Of a stretch of 64,000 nt of DNA, positions 46,701-56,561 are shown piece by piece. The position numbers were made by a program, and so were the translations under genes. This DNA comes from an uncultured Chloroflexia bacterium (GTDB taxonomy: Bacteria; Chloroflexota; Limnocylindria; Limnocylindrales; CSP1-4), in the NCBI GenBank assembly GCA_963735785.1, contig CAVTMH010000003.1:293708-357707 (forward strand), written 5' to 3'. Numbering within the stretch: the first letter of the stretch is position 1; each line of letters begins with the position of its first letter. The notes below the pieces were generated by a model. That model made no database searches. It was given only the letters and a program-made list of their open reading frames with translations, and was not told where the DNA came from.

Positions 46701-49154
46701 GCCGATGATCGGTGCGGCGATCAGGTCACGGACTCCGGCCCGCTCGACCAGTGAGTCCGCCAGCGCGTCGTGCCGGAACTCGGCCGAAAGGTAGTCCCCG
46801 ACGTGGATGACCCGCTCCTCCGCCACGGCCTTGCCCGACACGCCCTCGCCGAGCCGCAAGTTGGTCATCTTGACCGCCTCGCGCTGGTCGCCCTCCAGCC
46901 CGGCGTCGTAGGCCCACTGGAGGGTCCCGCTCTCGGCGTCGTACTGGTCGATGAGGGCGCCGTCGGCGCGCAGCAGCCGCCGCGCCTCGTCCACGACGTG
47001 CTGGAGCACCTCGTCGGGCTCGCGCAGGGCCGTGATCCGCGCCGCGATCTGGCGAAGGCTGGCCTCGGCGTCGGCTCGCCGTTCGATGTCCTCCCGCGAG
47101 CGGGCGAGCTGCTCCATGAGGTTCGCGTTGGTGATCGCGATCGACGCGTGGGTCGCGAGGGCCGTCAGCACCTCGAGCTCCGTGTCGGTGTAGGCACCCG
47201 GCTCGCGGGAGACGACCGAGAGCACGCCGAGGGACGCGTCGCCCTCGCCGGTCAGCGGTGCCGAGATGACGGCGCGGATACCGGCCTGGCGGACGAACGC
47301 CTCGATCTCGGGCGTGGTCTCGAATCGTTCGTCCTGGAGGAAGTCTTCGGTCATGATCGGCCGCTGCTCGGCGTAGGCCAGGCCGGCCACCGCCTGGCGC
47401 GGCTTCAGTCCGCCGGTCCTGCCCCAGTCCGGTACGTCGGCCATCGCCTCGCCCGCCGAATATGCCCAGCGCAGGGCGCCGAGATCCTCGTCCCAGAGGT
47501 CGATCCGGGCGCCGTCCGACCCGAGCAGCCGGGCCGACTCCGCGACGATGCGGGTCAGCACGGTGGCCGGATCGAGGATCGACGAGACGCGGACCGCGAT
47601 CTCGCGCAACGTCCGCTCCGCGTCGGCCCGCTGGGCGTTCTCCTCGCGGGAGCGTTCCAGCTCGCCGATCAGCTGGACGTTGGCGATCGCGACAGAGGCC
47701 TGGGCGGCGAGGCCGGCGAGGACCGCCCCGTCCTGCTCGTCGAATGCGTCACGACGGTCCGAGTAGACCGTGATCGCCCCCAGCACCTCGCCACGCTGGA
47801 GCACCGGCGCGGCGATGACCGAATGGATCCCACCGGCGCGGACGAAGGCGTCCCGTTCGGGGCTGTGGTCGAAGCGATCGTCCTCGAGGTAGTCGCCGGT
47901 CCATTCGACCTTGCGGCTGACCAGGGCAGTCCCCGACACGCCGGCGTTGGGCTCGAGGTCGACCTCGTCGAGCAGCGCCGTATTCGACATGATCGCGTCG
48001 TCGGTCTGGCGGTAGGTCCAGTCACCGCTCGTCGCGGTCATGTCCAGCAGGTCGATCATGGCGCCGGTCCCGCGCAACAGCCGGCTGGCCGCCTCGACCA
48101 CCGCCTGCAGGATCTCTTCCTTGTCGTGCATCGCGCTGACCCGCGTCGCGATCTCGCGGAGCGTTCGTTCGGCGTCGGCCGTCCGGGCCAGGGCGGTCCT
48201 GGAGGTCGCGAGCTCGTCGATCAGGCGCGCGTTCGTGATCGCGATGGCCGCCTGGCCGGCGAGTGCCTGGATGAGCCCCGCATCCTCGTCGTCGAAGGCA
48301 TGCGGCGCGGCCGAGTAGACCTCGATGACGCCGAGCGGACCGTCCTCGCCGGTGATGGGCGCCGCGATCATCGACCGGAAGCCGGTCCGCTCGTAGAACT
48401 CGGTCGATTCCGGGCTCGGCGGGAACAACTCGGCGAGGTCGTCCCCGGCGACGACGACCTGATCCTCGGCCACCGCCGTCCCGGTCGCCCCGACCCCGAC
48501 CGAGATCCACAGCTGGGCCCGCTCTTCCTCGGTGAACAGCCGGCGCAGACCGTCGTCGAAGGCCCAGCGCAGGTTGCCGGTGCCCGGTTCGAGGATGTCG
48601 AGGATCGCGCCCTCGGCGCGCACGAGCCGGCTGGCGTGCTCGACGACCTGTTGCAGGATCTCGGACGGGTCGCGCAGCGCGGTGATGCGCGCAGCGATCT
48701 CGCGCAGGGCCTGTTCCGCATCGGCCCGCCGCGCGAGCGCCACGCGCGAGCGGTCGAGCTCCTCGACGAGGCGCGTGTTCGCCATGGCCGCGGCCGCATG
48801 GTCCGCCAGCGCCCGCACGAGCGCGATCTGGGCCTGGTCGAACGCGCTCGCGCGCGTGGAGAACGTCCCCAGAGCACCGAATACCTGGTCGCCGGCGACG
48901 AGCGGCGCGACGACCATCGAGCGGATGCCGATGTCGGAGACGACACGGTCCGTCTGGGGGGCGTGCCGGAACGACGGGTCGTTCTGGTAGTCGTCGGTGA
49001 TGACGACGGCGCGCTCGACCAGCGCCCGACCGAACATCCCCGTCCCCGGCGCGAGCTCGAGCCCCCGGACCCATTCGCGACTGCGGTCGCTGCGGATCCC
49101 GGCGTCGTGGGCGAAGCGGAGGTTGCCGGTCGCCGGGTCGACCAGGTAGACCAT
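43776..49154 (-). CDS. multi-sensor histidine kinase (about 8 GAF and 4 PAS domains, HisKA_3, HATPase_c); the true start is probably at 49281, with a 1-nt indel near 49270
   Basis: Repeated GAF units are joined by a conserved linker (…ELxRSRxALARRADAExxLREIAxRIxALxDPxEVL…). PAS/PAC blocks are present. The H-box reads ERAHLARELHDSVTQALF and the ATPase reads …GLAGMRARADRVGATF…. Removing one c from the cccc run makes the frame upstream of 49154 read MTALLDPHAP…VHELLTVAVEEAARLLDADGA, continuous with MVYLVD. Confidence 0.88.
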   Translation of the reverse strand: MVYLVDPATGNLRFAHDAGIRSDRSREWVRGLELAPGTGMFGRALVERAVVITDDYQNDPSFRHAPQTDRVVSDIGIRSMVVAPLVAGDQVFGALGTFSTRASAFDQAQIALVRALADHAAAAMANTRLVEELDRSRVALARRADAEQALREIAARITALRDPSEILQQVVEHASRLVRAEGAILDILEPGTGNLRWAFDDGLRRLFTEEERAQLWISVGVGATGTAVAEDQVVVAGDDLAELFPPSPESTEFYERTGFRSMIAAPITGEDGPLGVIEVYSAAPHAFDDEDAGLIQALAGQAAIAITNARLIDELATSRTALARTADAERTLREIATRVSAMHDKEEILQAVVEAASRLLRGTGAMIDLLDMTATSGDWTYRQTDDAIMSNTALLDEVDLEPNAGVSGTALVSRKVEWTGDYLEDDRFDHSPERDAFVRAGGIHSVIAAPVLQRGEVLGAITVYSDRRDAFDEQDGAVLAGLAAQASVAIANVQLIGELERSREENAQRADAERTLREIAVRVSSILDPATVLTRIVAESARLLGSDGARIDLWDEDLGALRWAYSAGEAMADVPDWGRTGGLKPRQAVAGLAYAEQRPIMTEDFLQDERFETTPEIEAFVRQAGIRAVISAPLTGEGDASLGVLSVVSREPGAYTDTELEVLTALATHASIAITNANLMEQLARSREDIERRADAEASLRQIAARITALREPDEVLQHVVDEARRLLRADGALIDQYDAESGTLQWAYDAGLEGDQREAVKMTNLRLGEGVSGKAVAEERVIHVGDYLSAEFRHDALADSLVERAGVRDLIAAPIIGESGPLGAIEVMSRQPHAFDDFDATVLGGLAEQAAIAITNARLIDELERSRLALARRAETERSLRDITARIAALTDPDEVLSRVVEDAKRLLATDGAHLTRMGPTGTYLVPVVVAGTGDDVASHDWLLGKKFPLGAGINGLAAQERAAVWTFDYLVDPRIPHEPDDQAVADRLGLRGMAAAPLRAPGGEVIGTLAISSAEPRIFEADDLDLLQGLADQAAIALTNSRLLSRVTREEARFRGLVQTTPDVIWRADADGVFTFMADTGEALFGWPIADIIGKPFGFLTDPGSMPLALEKFQGVGADPDLVERVPLLLVRRDGSTFAAEVTTTGVFEDGGWVGAQGTVRDVSERERLELELRLSEERYRFLVQNAPDLVWSIGPDARITFLSDAVERLTGFHPDELIGQHFGAIVHASSRDVAEIDWTAAMNAPSQEVRGRINLQHRDGSAVPAEFIAVATLNDDGTFAGANGSVRDMRERERLERELRASEDRYRTLASSSPDLVFATDAEGRYTFLSDRAQTVLGWDRDASLGRSFMDFVAPGFEDAAGASYAAVVADPERVHSSRVDFLDGSGQPIQLEINVVGKVEDGQLVGINGVARDVSERERLERELMRSEERYRFLVQNSPDVVFSTDAAGEFTFISVAIERLTGIPASELIGKHFLTIVESEDIQVAGGRWETLSTDPDQEVQAAQVLRGRDGRRTPVDVRAVGVWVDGEFAGIQGAARDVSDQVRLERELRRQAGELAAGEERAHLARELHDSVTQALFSMTLVARSVEMLLESDPDAARTHLTQLRELQREALAEMRALIFELRPGNLEQDGLVRAVKTHSAALQGRLGLPVVVESDLADRLPLAAEEVLYRIAQEALHNVVKHAAARQVRVDIRQHEGGVRLRVEDDGKGFDPASVPDGHLGLAGMRARADRVGATFVCESRPAAGTSIEVTLGPLALEDLRAAAAAGDAASRAATPVETPSIRDG

Positions 49155-49513
49155 CGCGCCGTCCGCGTCGAGCAGCCGCGCCGCCTCCTCGACGGCGACG
49201 GTGAGCAGCTCGTGGACCCGGCCCGTGCCGCCATCGGGATCTGGCGGGGTCGGCGCGTGCGGGTCGAGTAGGGGCGGTCATCCGCGCGAGGATACGACGG
49301 GTCCGCCCCGCATGGGCATCGCCCGTTGCCCACGGGACCTACGTCATCCGGCCGAGACGGGATCGACGATCGTCGGCAGCCGGGCGCTGGCGAGCGTCCG
49401 GGTGCATCGGCGTCCCTTGACGGGCGCGCTCCCCGGGTGCCCGGCGCGACCATGGCTGCACAGACACCGGCACACCTGACCGGTCCCCTGCAGAGAGAGG
49501 TCCCGACACCGTG

Positions 49514-49938
49514 ATGTTCGCTTCCCGCACGCCGCTCCGCGCCTCCGACGTCGTCATCCGCGCCGCGATCGTCGGCCTGGCCCTGGCGACCGGCTACATC
49601 CACTCGACGCTGGGCGGTCTGCTGTTCACGCTGAACGCGGTCGGCTACGTCGTCGCCGCCATCGCGATGATCGTCCCGCTCGCCCTGGCCGTCCGCTTCC
49701 GCTGGGTCGTCCGTCTTGGCCTCATCGGCTACGCTGCGACGACCATCCTCGGCTGGGCGATCCAGGGTCCGTACTATCAGACCGCCTACATCGCCAAGGG
49801 CATCGAGGTCGCCCTGATCGTCCTGGTCGCCGTCGACTTCGCCCGGCATGGACGGCAACCCGATCGCCGTCGTCAAGCGCGAGCTGGCGACCTTCGCCGC
49901 CCTCGTCACCGGCCGCCGCGCCGCGGGTGCCGGCGCCT
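49514..49938 (+). CDS. small integral membrane protein (3-4 transmembrane helices); C-terminus probably frame-shifted near 49855
   Basis: The translation contains MFASRTPLRASDVVIRAAIVGLALATGYIHSTLGGLLFTLNAVGYVVAAIAMIVPLALAV…. After …VDFARHG the frame turns to Arg/Pro junk. The +1 frame reads MDGNPIAVVKRELATFAALVTG… to a stop at 49938. Confidence 0.4.
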
Positions 49939-50001
49939 GACGCCAAGACGCGGCCGGGATCCTTCCCGGCCGCGCGACACCGCGACAAGGAGTCCGATCA
50001 G

Positions 50002-50394
50002 ATGAAGCGCTTCATCCTTGGCCTGGGCCTCGTGGCCCTCGCCGTCATCACCGCCGCCTGTTCCGGGGGCGGCACGCGTCCGCCCCGCCGCGTCCGCTCC
50101 CCCGGCGTCCACCGCTGCCGGCGACGGCATCGTCATCGTCGCCAAGGACCTCACGTTCTCGCCGACGTCGATCACGGCAACCGGCCGGACGAGGCGTTCC
50201 AGATCGTCCTCGACAACCAGGAGTCGGCGCCGCACAACATCGCCATCAAGGACGCTGCCGGCGCCGAGATGTTCAAGGGCGAGATCGTCACCCCGACCAA
50301 GATCACGTACGACGTCCCGGCCCTCACCGCCGGCACCTACACGTTCTGGTGCGAAGTCCATCCGGAGATGACGGGCACGCTGACCGCCGGATAG
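50002..50394 (+). pseudogene. cupredoxin (type-1 copper, amicyanin/plastocyanin-like) lipoprotein with two compensating frame breaks
   Basis: AAGGAG sits 10 nt before the ATG. The signal peptide is MKRFILGLGLVALAVITAACSGG. The frame then shifts (about 50075) to …AAGDGIVIVAKDLTFSPTSITA…. It shifts back (about 50180) to …DEAFQIVLDNQESAPHNIAIKDAAG…TYTFWCEVHPEMTGTLTAG, which carries the Cys-His-Met copper ligands. Confidence 0.6.
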
Positions 50395-50513
50395 CACCGT
50401 TTCGTTCGACCGCCGCCCGGACCCCGGCCGCTACACAGACCGGGGTCCCTTCTCGTCCCGGTATGCTCGGGGTATCCGGCGGGCCCACCCTACCGGACAT
50501 CCGGGGGAGGCAG

Positions 50514-51435
50514 ATGCTCGAGGTCATCGATCTCGCCAAGCGCTACGGGCCCGTCGTGGCGCTCGACGGCGCCACGCTTCACGGCACGCCCGGCCGCATC
50601 GTCGGGTTCCTCGGGCCTAACGGCGCCGGCAAGACGACGACGATGCGCTGCATCTTCGGACTTGCCCGCCCGGACCGCGGCGAGGTCCGCTGGAAGGGGG
50701 CGGCCGGTCGACCGCGACGCCCGCCTGCGCTTCGGCTACATGCCCGAGCAGCGCGGCCTGTACCCGCGGATGCGGGTCGGCGAGCAGCTCTCGTACTTCG
50801 CCCAGCAGCACGGCCTGCTCGGGCCGGGACGCCAACGCCGCGGCGAGTCGCTGGCTCGAGCGGATGGGTCTCGGCGACCGCGCGAAGTCGAAGCTCGAGG
50901 AGCTGTCGCACGGCAACCAGCAGCGGGTCCAGCTGGCGGTGGCGCTCGCCCACGACCCGGAGCTGCTCGTGCTCGACGAGCCGTTCAGCGGCCTTGACCC
51001 GATCGGGATCGCGACGATGACCGAGGTCGTCAACGAGCGGGCGACGGCCGGCGTCGGGGTCGTCTTCAGCAGCCACCAGCTCGACCTCGTCGAGGACGTG
51101 TGCGAGGACGTCGTCATCATCGCCCGGGGCCGGATCGTCGCCGCCGGGGCGATCGACGAGCTGAAGGCGCGGTCCGGTCGGCGCCACCTCGAGGTCGAGG
51201 TCGTCGGGTCCGACGGGACGTGGCTGGACGACCGGCGACGCTGACCGTCCTGCGAGCGCAGCGGCGACCGCGTCAAGCTGCTCGTCGATGACGATGTCGA
51301 CCTCGACGCGCTCCTCGCCCGCGCCCAGGCCGCCGGTGAGGTGCGGATGTTCGCCTACCAGCCGCCCAAGCTGTCGGAGCTGTTCATGGAAGCCGGACGC
51401 CAGCCGCCACGCCGGCCGAGGAGGCGGTCGCATGA
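50514..51435 (+). pseudogene. ABC transporter ATP-binding protein, at least 2 frame breaks
   Basis: Walker A (GPNGAGKTT) is in frame 3. The Q-loop region (RLRFGYMPEQRGLYPRMRV) is in frame 1. The signature and Walker B (LSHGNQQRV…LLVLDEP) are in frame 2. The C-terminus reads (GEVRMFAYQPPKLSELF). The TGA overlaps the next ATG (ATGA). Confidence 0.6.
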
Positions 51436-52641
51436 GCCGCTGGCGCAGCATCTGGCTCGTCGCCCGGCGCGAGATCATCGAGCGCGGCCGGAGCCGCGGC
51501 TTCGTGCTTCAGCGTGCTGTTCACGACGGCCTGGTCGTCGGGCTCGATCGTCGTCCCGCCGATCCTGTTCGGGGACGACGACCCGACGCCGATCGGCATC
51601 GTCGAGCCGGCGCCGCCCGGGCTTCGACCCGCGCTCACGACGACCGCCGCGCAGCTCGATCGGGACGTCGATCTCCAGACCTTCCCCGACGACGGCGGCG
51701 CCGATGCGGCGCTCGCGGCCGAGGCGGTCGACGCCGTCGTCGACGTACCGGCGGACCTGTCCGACCCCGGGACGATCCGCTTCGCCAGAGGAGCCCGACG
51801 AGTTCGTGCGCAGCTCGTGGCCGCCTCGCGTCGTCGGCCTGCGCATGCAGGCCGTCCTGACCGAGGCCGGCGTCGATCGCCGGGCGAGCTGCTGGCCGCG
51901 CATCCAGGTCCCGCCGTGGTCGATGCGCTCGAGCCGCAGACCGAGGCGGACGAGGCTCGCTTCCTCTTCGCCAACATCGGGGCGGTGCTCATCCTCGTCG
52001 GCATCTTCAGCTTCGGGTTCACGGTCCTGACCGGCGTCGTCGAGGAGAAGCAGAGCCGCGTCGTCGAGGTCGTGCTCTCGACCGTCCGGCCGCGCGACCT
52101 GCTGATGGGCAAGGTCCTCGGCATCGGCATCCTCGGGCCTGGTCCAGCTGGCCGTCTTCGTGGCCGCGGCGCTCGCGGCGGCCGTCGTTCACCGGCGGCA
52201 TCGCGCTGCCCTCGACGACGCCCGGCGGCGATCCCGATGCTGGCCGTCGTGGTTCGTCCTCGGCTACGCGCTGTACTCGACCGCGCTCGGCTTCCTCGGC
52301 GCGCTCGCGTCGCGGATGGAGGAGGCGTCGAACGCGTCGACGCCGGTCACGGTCGTCGCGATGGTCAGCTACTTCGTGGCGATCTTCTCGTGATCAACGA
52401 CCCGACCGGCCCGTGGCCCACGGTCGCCACGTACCTGCCGCCGTCGGCGCCCGTTCGTCGTGCCCGTTGCGGGTCGCGTTCGATGCGATCGGCCCGGTCG
52501 AGATCGGCCTCTCGATGTCGATCACGATCGTCGGCGATCTGGGTGCTGTTCATCATCGGCGCCCGGGTCTACGCGGGAGCCGTGCTCCAGACGGCGGGCC
52601 GGATGAAGATCCGCGACGCGTGGCGGTCGGCCGGGAAGTGA
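51432..52641 (+). pseudogene. ABC-2 family permease, at least 5 frame breaks
   Basis: Real permease text is scattered over three frames: MSRWRSIWLVARREIIERGRS…, …FLFANIGAVLILVGIFSFGFTVLTGVVEEKQSRVVEVVLSTVRPRDLLMGKVLGIGILG…, …WFVLGYALYSTALGFLGALASRMEEASNAS…, and …SAIWVLFIIGARVYAGAVLQTAGRMKIRDAWRSAGK. Confidence 0.55.
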
Positions 52642-52670
52642 TGCGCGGGGACCCGGTCCTGACGGGTCCG

Positions 52671-53780
52671 TCAGTCGAGGGGCTCGAACAGCCCGGGCGT
52701 GCCGCCCGCGTGCCAGAACAGGACGGTCCGACCGTCCAGCTCGCCGGCTCGCGCGCCCGCGACCAGCCCGGCCAGCGCCTTGGCCGTGTAGATCGGGTCG
52801 ACCAGGATCCCTTCGCGAGCGTGCCAGCAGCTCGGTCGCCTCGTCGGCCGCCGCGGTCCGCCGACCGTAGCCGGCACCCAGCTGGGACTCGTCGAGCTCG
52901 ATGGCGCGCGTCGCGTCGGCGGCGAGGGTCGGCGCCGCGCGCGTCCCGGCTCGCCAGCCCCGCGACCATCGACGCGATCGCCGGCCGAGCTCGGCCGCCG
53001 GTCGGGCGACGACGACGCCGACGACGCGAGGTCCGGCGCGCCGACCGCAGACCGACGAGGAGCCCGGCCTGGGTCCCGCCCGTGGCCGACGGGAGGACGA
53101 TGACGTCGGGCCGGAGCCCGACCGCGGCCGCCTGCTCGAAGACCTCCACGCCCGCAAGCCACTGGCCCGGTCGCGCCGACGGCACCCGGTGCCGCCGATG
53201 TCGATGACGTACGGGCGGCGGCCGAGCCGCCCGTAGCTCGGCCGCCACCGGTCGACGAGCCTCTCGCGCTCCGCCCGGTCGGCCGTCGCGGCCTGGTGGA
53301 CCGTCGCCCCGAACAGCTCGTCGAGTCGGAGACCGGGTCCGGGCGTCGCGATCGGGCGGCCCGGACAGGACGACGTGGACGCCAAGACCGGTCCGCGCGC
53401 CGGCCGCCGCGGTCAGCCGGCAGTGGTTGGACCAGCGGCGGCCGGAGGTGACGAGCGTGTCCGCGCCCTCCGCGAGCGCCGCGCCCACGAGGATCTCGAG
53501 GTTGCGCAGCTTGTTGCCGCCGAACGCCGATCGGCAGGAGGTCCTCGCGCTTGATCCAGATCTCCGTCGACCGCCCGAGCGCCGCGACGAAGCGCGGCAG
53601 TCGATGGAGCGGCGACGGATCGTCGAACAGCGCCGAAGCGCGGAAGACCCGGCGCGGTCGGGGACATGGCAGCGCCGATGGTAGCCGCCTATCATCGCGA
53701 CCGATGGCCACCCGGATCAGCCCCGTCGATCGCCACACGACGGTCGGCCAGCACGCCGGCATGGAGCGCTCGATCGCCAT
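52671..53780 (-). pseudogene. PLP-dependent ACC-deaminase / D-cysteine-desulfhydrase-family protein, at least 4 frame breaks
   Basis: Fragments sit in three minus-strand frames: …EIWIKREDLLPIG…, …SAFGGNKLRNLEILVGAALAEGADTLVTSG…, …DVIVLPSATGGTQAGLLVGL…, and …GILVDPIYTAKALAGLVA…VLFWHAGGTPGLFEPLD. Confidence 0.55.
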
Positions 53781-54121
53781 CTCGCGCGCCGACGGTCGGG
53801 CGCGACCGGCTGTACTCGTCGATCGTCTCGACGGCGCCAGGCGACGAGACGCGGATCCATCACCACGGCGACTGCGAGACGTCGATCTACATCGTGTCGG
53901 GGGAGGCGCGCTACACGTGGGGCCCGACCGGTCTCGAGCAGGCGATCGACGCGGACGCCGGCGACTTCGTGTACATCCCGGCCGGCGAGATCCACGTCGA
54001 GGAGAACGCCTCCGCGACCGAGCCGCTCGTCGTCGTGCTGACCCGCAACTGCCCCGATTCGCACGTCGTCTACGTCGACGGCGGGCCGGACGGCCGCGAC
54101 GACGTCCCGGCGCCCTGCTGA
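53704..54121 (+). pseudogene. cupin domain protein, one frame break near 53800
   Basis: The N-terminus (MATRISPVDRHTTVGQHAGMERSIAISRADG) is in one frame. The cupin core (APGDETRIHHHGDCETSIYIVSGEARYTWGP…GDFVYIPAGEIHVEEN) is in the next. Confidence 0.5.
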
Positions 54122-54124
54122 CAC

Positions 54125-55238
54125 ATGACCGACGGATGGCGCGACCGGACCCTGCTGGACCTGCTCACCGAGCACGGCCTCGAACTGAGCCCCGAGCATG
54201 CGTTCCCGACGGACGGCTGGTCCGGGGCGACCTTCACGACCCTCGTCGACCCGCTGGGTCGGCGCTACGTCCTCAAGCGGACGTCGGTGGGCCGCCGACT
54301 GGATCGCCCGCGCCACGGGGACCACGACCTGCGCGAAGGCTGGCTGGCCGCCCGGCCCAGCGGGGCCCTGGCCTGGCTGTCGCGCACGTCCATCGCGTAC
54401 CTTGGCGCCGCGGCGGATGGCGACGGGGTGCGCGATCCTCATGCCGGATCTGTCGACCGAGCTGATCGCCTGGGAGCGACCAGGCCACGATCCGGTGATC
54501 GACGACTCGACGTTCCGCCGAGTGATCGAGGCCGTCGCCGCGCCTGCACGCGATGCCCTGGCGCCGGGTCCTCGAGGCCGCGGCGGAGCGTGAGGGGGAG
54601 GCGCCGCCGCCGTGGTGTCCGCTCCCGGAGCGGCTGACGCTCCTCGCGCGGCCGTCGGCCACCGCATACGCCGACGATGGCAACCCGGTCGGCAGCAATT
54701 CCTGGCGGGCTGGGACGCGTTCGATCGGCGAGCGCCGGCGGACGCGCGAGCACTGGTCGACGGCCTTGGCGCGAACCCGACCCCGTTCGTCGCGGCCCTC
54801 GCGCACCTGCCCTCGGTGGGGCTCCACGGCGACCTGAAGCTGGCCAACGTCGCGATCCTGCCGGACGACCGGGTCGGCTTCATCGACTGGCAGATGACGT
54901 TGCAGGCACCGGTCGCCGTCGACCTCGGCTGGTTCCTCGTGTCCAACAGTGGTTCATTGCCCGCGACACCGGACACCATCGTCGCCGAGTATCGCCAGGC
55001 GCTCGAGTGGGACAGCGGACGGTGGGGGTTCGGGGCGCAGCCCACGATTTCGCCGGCCTCGCGGGAGACTGGGACGCCCAGCTGCGACCTGACCTGGATC
55101 GTCGGGCTGTTGCTGCGCGGCTGGCGCAAGGGCCTCGACGCGGACGCCGGGGTCGGGCTCCCCTCGCGGGTGTCGGCGGCCGACGACCTGGGCTGGTGGT
55201 CCGCGCGTGCCGTGGAGGCGGCCGGGCGGCGACTCTGA
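54125..55238 (+). pseudogene. phosphotransferase enzyme family (APH/choline-kinase-like) protein, at least 3 frame breaks
   Basis: Fragments read MTDGWRDRTLLDLLTEHGLELSPEHAFPTDGWSGATFTTLVDPLGRRYVLKRT…, …AILMPDLSTELIAWERPGHDPVIDDSTFRRVIEAVAA…, and the catalytic …LHGDLKLANVAILPDDRVGFIDWQMTLQAPVAVDLGWFL…. They lie in different frames. Confidence 0.55.
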
Positions 55239-55286
55239 CGGGGCGGCGCGCCGTACGCCACACTCCGATCGAATGGAGGTGCCCCA

Positions 55287-55666
55287 TGCCCAAGAAGGTT
55301 CCCCAGCTCCCCGGCGTGCCGCCGAGCGACTATCCGTTCTCCCAGATCGTCGAGGCCAATGGGTTCGTCTTCCTCGCGGGGCAGGTCGGTGACGAGCCCG
55401 GGCGGCACGGCGCGGTCGCGGGCGGCATCGAGGTGGAGACCCGCGCGATGCTCGACAACGTCGGCCGCCTGCTGTCGGCCGCCGGCCTCGGGTTCGACGA
55501 CGTCGTCAAGTGCACCGTGTACCTGCGCGACTTCAGCGAGTACGCGGCCATGAACGCGGTCTACCGCGAGTACTTCCCGAGCGAGCCACCGACCCGCGCG
55601 ACGGTGGGCGTCACGGCCCTCGCCGCCGACTACCGGGTCGAGATCGAGGTCTTGGCGGCCCGCTGA
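55287..55666 (+). CDS. RidA/YjgF-family protein
   Basis: The translation contains MPKKVPQLPGVPPSDYPFSQIVEANGFVFLAGQVG…CTVYLRDFSEYAAMNAVY…ATVGVTALAADYRVEIEVLA. The gene is intact. Confidence 0.88.
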
Positions 55667-55669
55667 GTC

Positions 55670-55711
55670 GCGGCGCGCAGGAACGGCCGATGCCGGCGTC
55701 CTGCGCGCCGC
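55670..55711. terminator. 13-bp-stem hairpin between convergent genes
   Basis: The hairpin is gcggcgcgcagga-N16-tcctgcgcgccgc. Confidence 0.45.
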
Positions 55712-55717
55712 GTTGGA

Positions 55718-56561
55718 TCACTTCGCCACGACGAAGTCGTCGATCGCGACCATCGGGTGGCCCCTGGTCCCGACGACGACGATTCGCAGCGTGTGCTCAC
55801 CGGCCGACTTCCAGCCGATCTTGAAGAGCGTCGCTCGCGCATCGAACGTGCGGCTGTGCAGGTTCACGGTCCGTACGAACTTCCCGTCGACGTAGACCTT
55901 GGCCCTGCCGCGTGTCGGGCCGGTCGGCCCGTTCCACCAGACCTTGCGCCCGGTGAACGTGAACGTCGCGCTCGCGCCCGCCGACTTCGCATAGACGACG
56001 CGATCGCCGCCATAGCCCGGATGCTTGGCGCTTCGCCACCGTCCGGTGTATTCGATCGCCTTCGAGCGTTCGCTGGCGGTCCTGCGGGCCTCCGCCTTCG
56101 GGCTCGCGGTGCTGCCGCCCGCCCCCCGGTAGTAGCGCATGACCCTGGCGACATAGCGCTTCGCGTAGCTCGACCAGCCCGAGGTTCGCGACGAGCCGGT
56201 CAGCCACCAGTAGGCGACGCGCTTCCAGCAGCCGAGCCAGCGATAGAGCGAGGACATCTTGCCCGACGCGACCTTCTCCTGGTTCTTCGGGGTCTGGCGG
56301 GCACTGGCGGTCCCGAGGTACTGGCGCGCCCACGCCGGCCAGTTCGACGGCATGATCTGGTACTTGCCGTAGGCACCGGACGTCTTGTTGCTGGGCGGTG
56401 TAGTTCCCGCCGGACTCGATCCGGCCGATGGCGGCCTTGAACTTGGACAGACCGGGCGGTGCCTTGGCGGCGAATGCCGCCGAGCCCGTCGCGGTGAGGA
56501 CGAGGATCGCCCCGAGGGCGGCGACGAGGACCGCGCTCCGGCGGCCTGACAGGACTCGCAA
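55718..56561 (-). CDS. secreted transglycosylase-like (Rpf-like) domain protein with a C-terminal module paralogous to the 8270..9301 protein; one frame break near 56400
   Basis: The signal peptide MRVLSGRRSAVLVAALGAILVLTATGSAAFA and IGRIESGGNYTAQ are in the 56561 frame. …NKTSGAYGKYQIMPSNWPAWARQYLG… and the C-terminal TFTFTGRKVWWNGPTGPTRGRAKVYVDGKFVRTVNLHS…HTLRIVVVGTRGHPMVAIDDFVV are in the 55718 frame. Confidence 0.6.
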
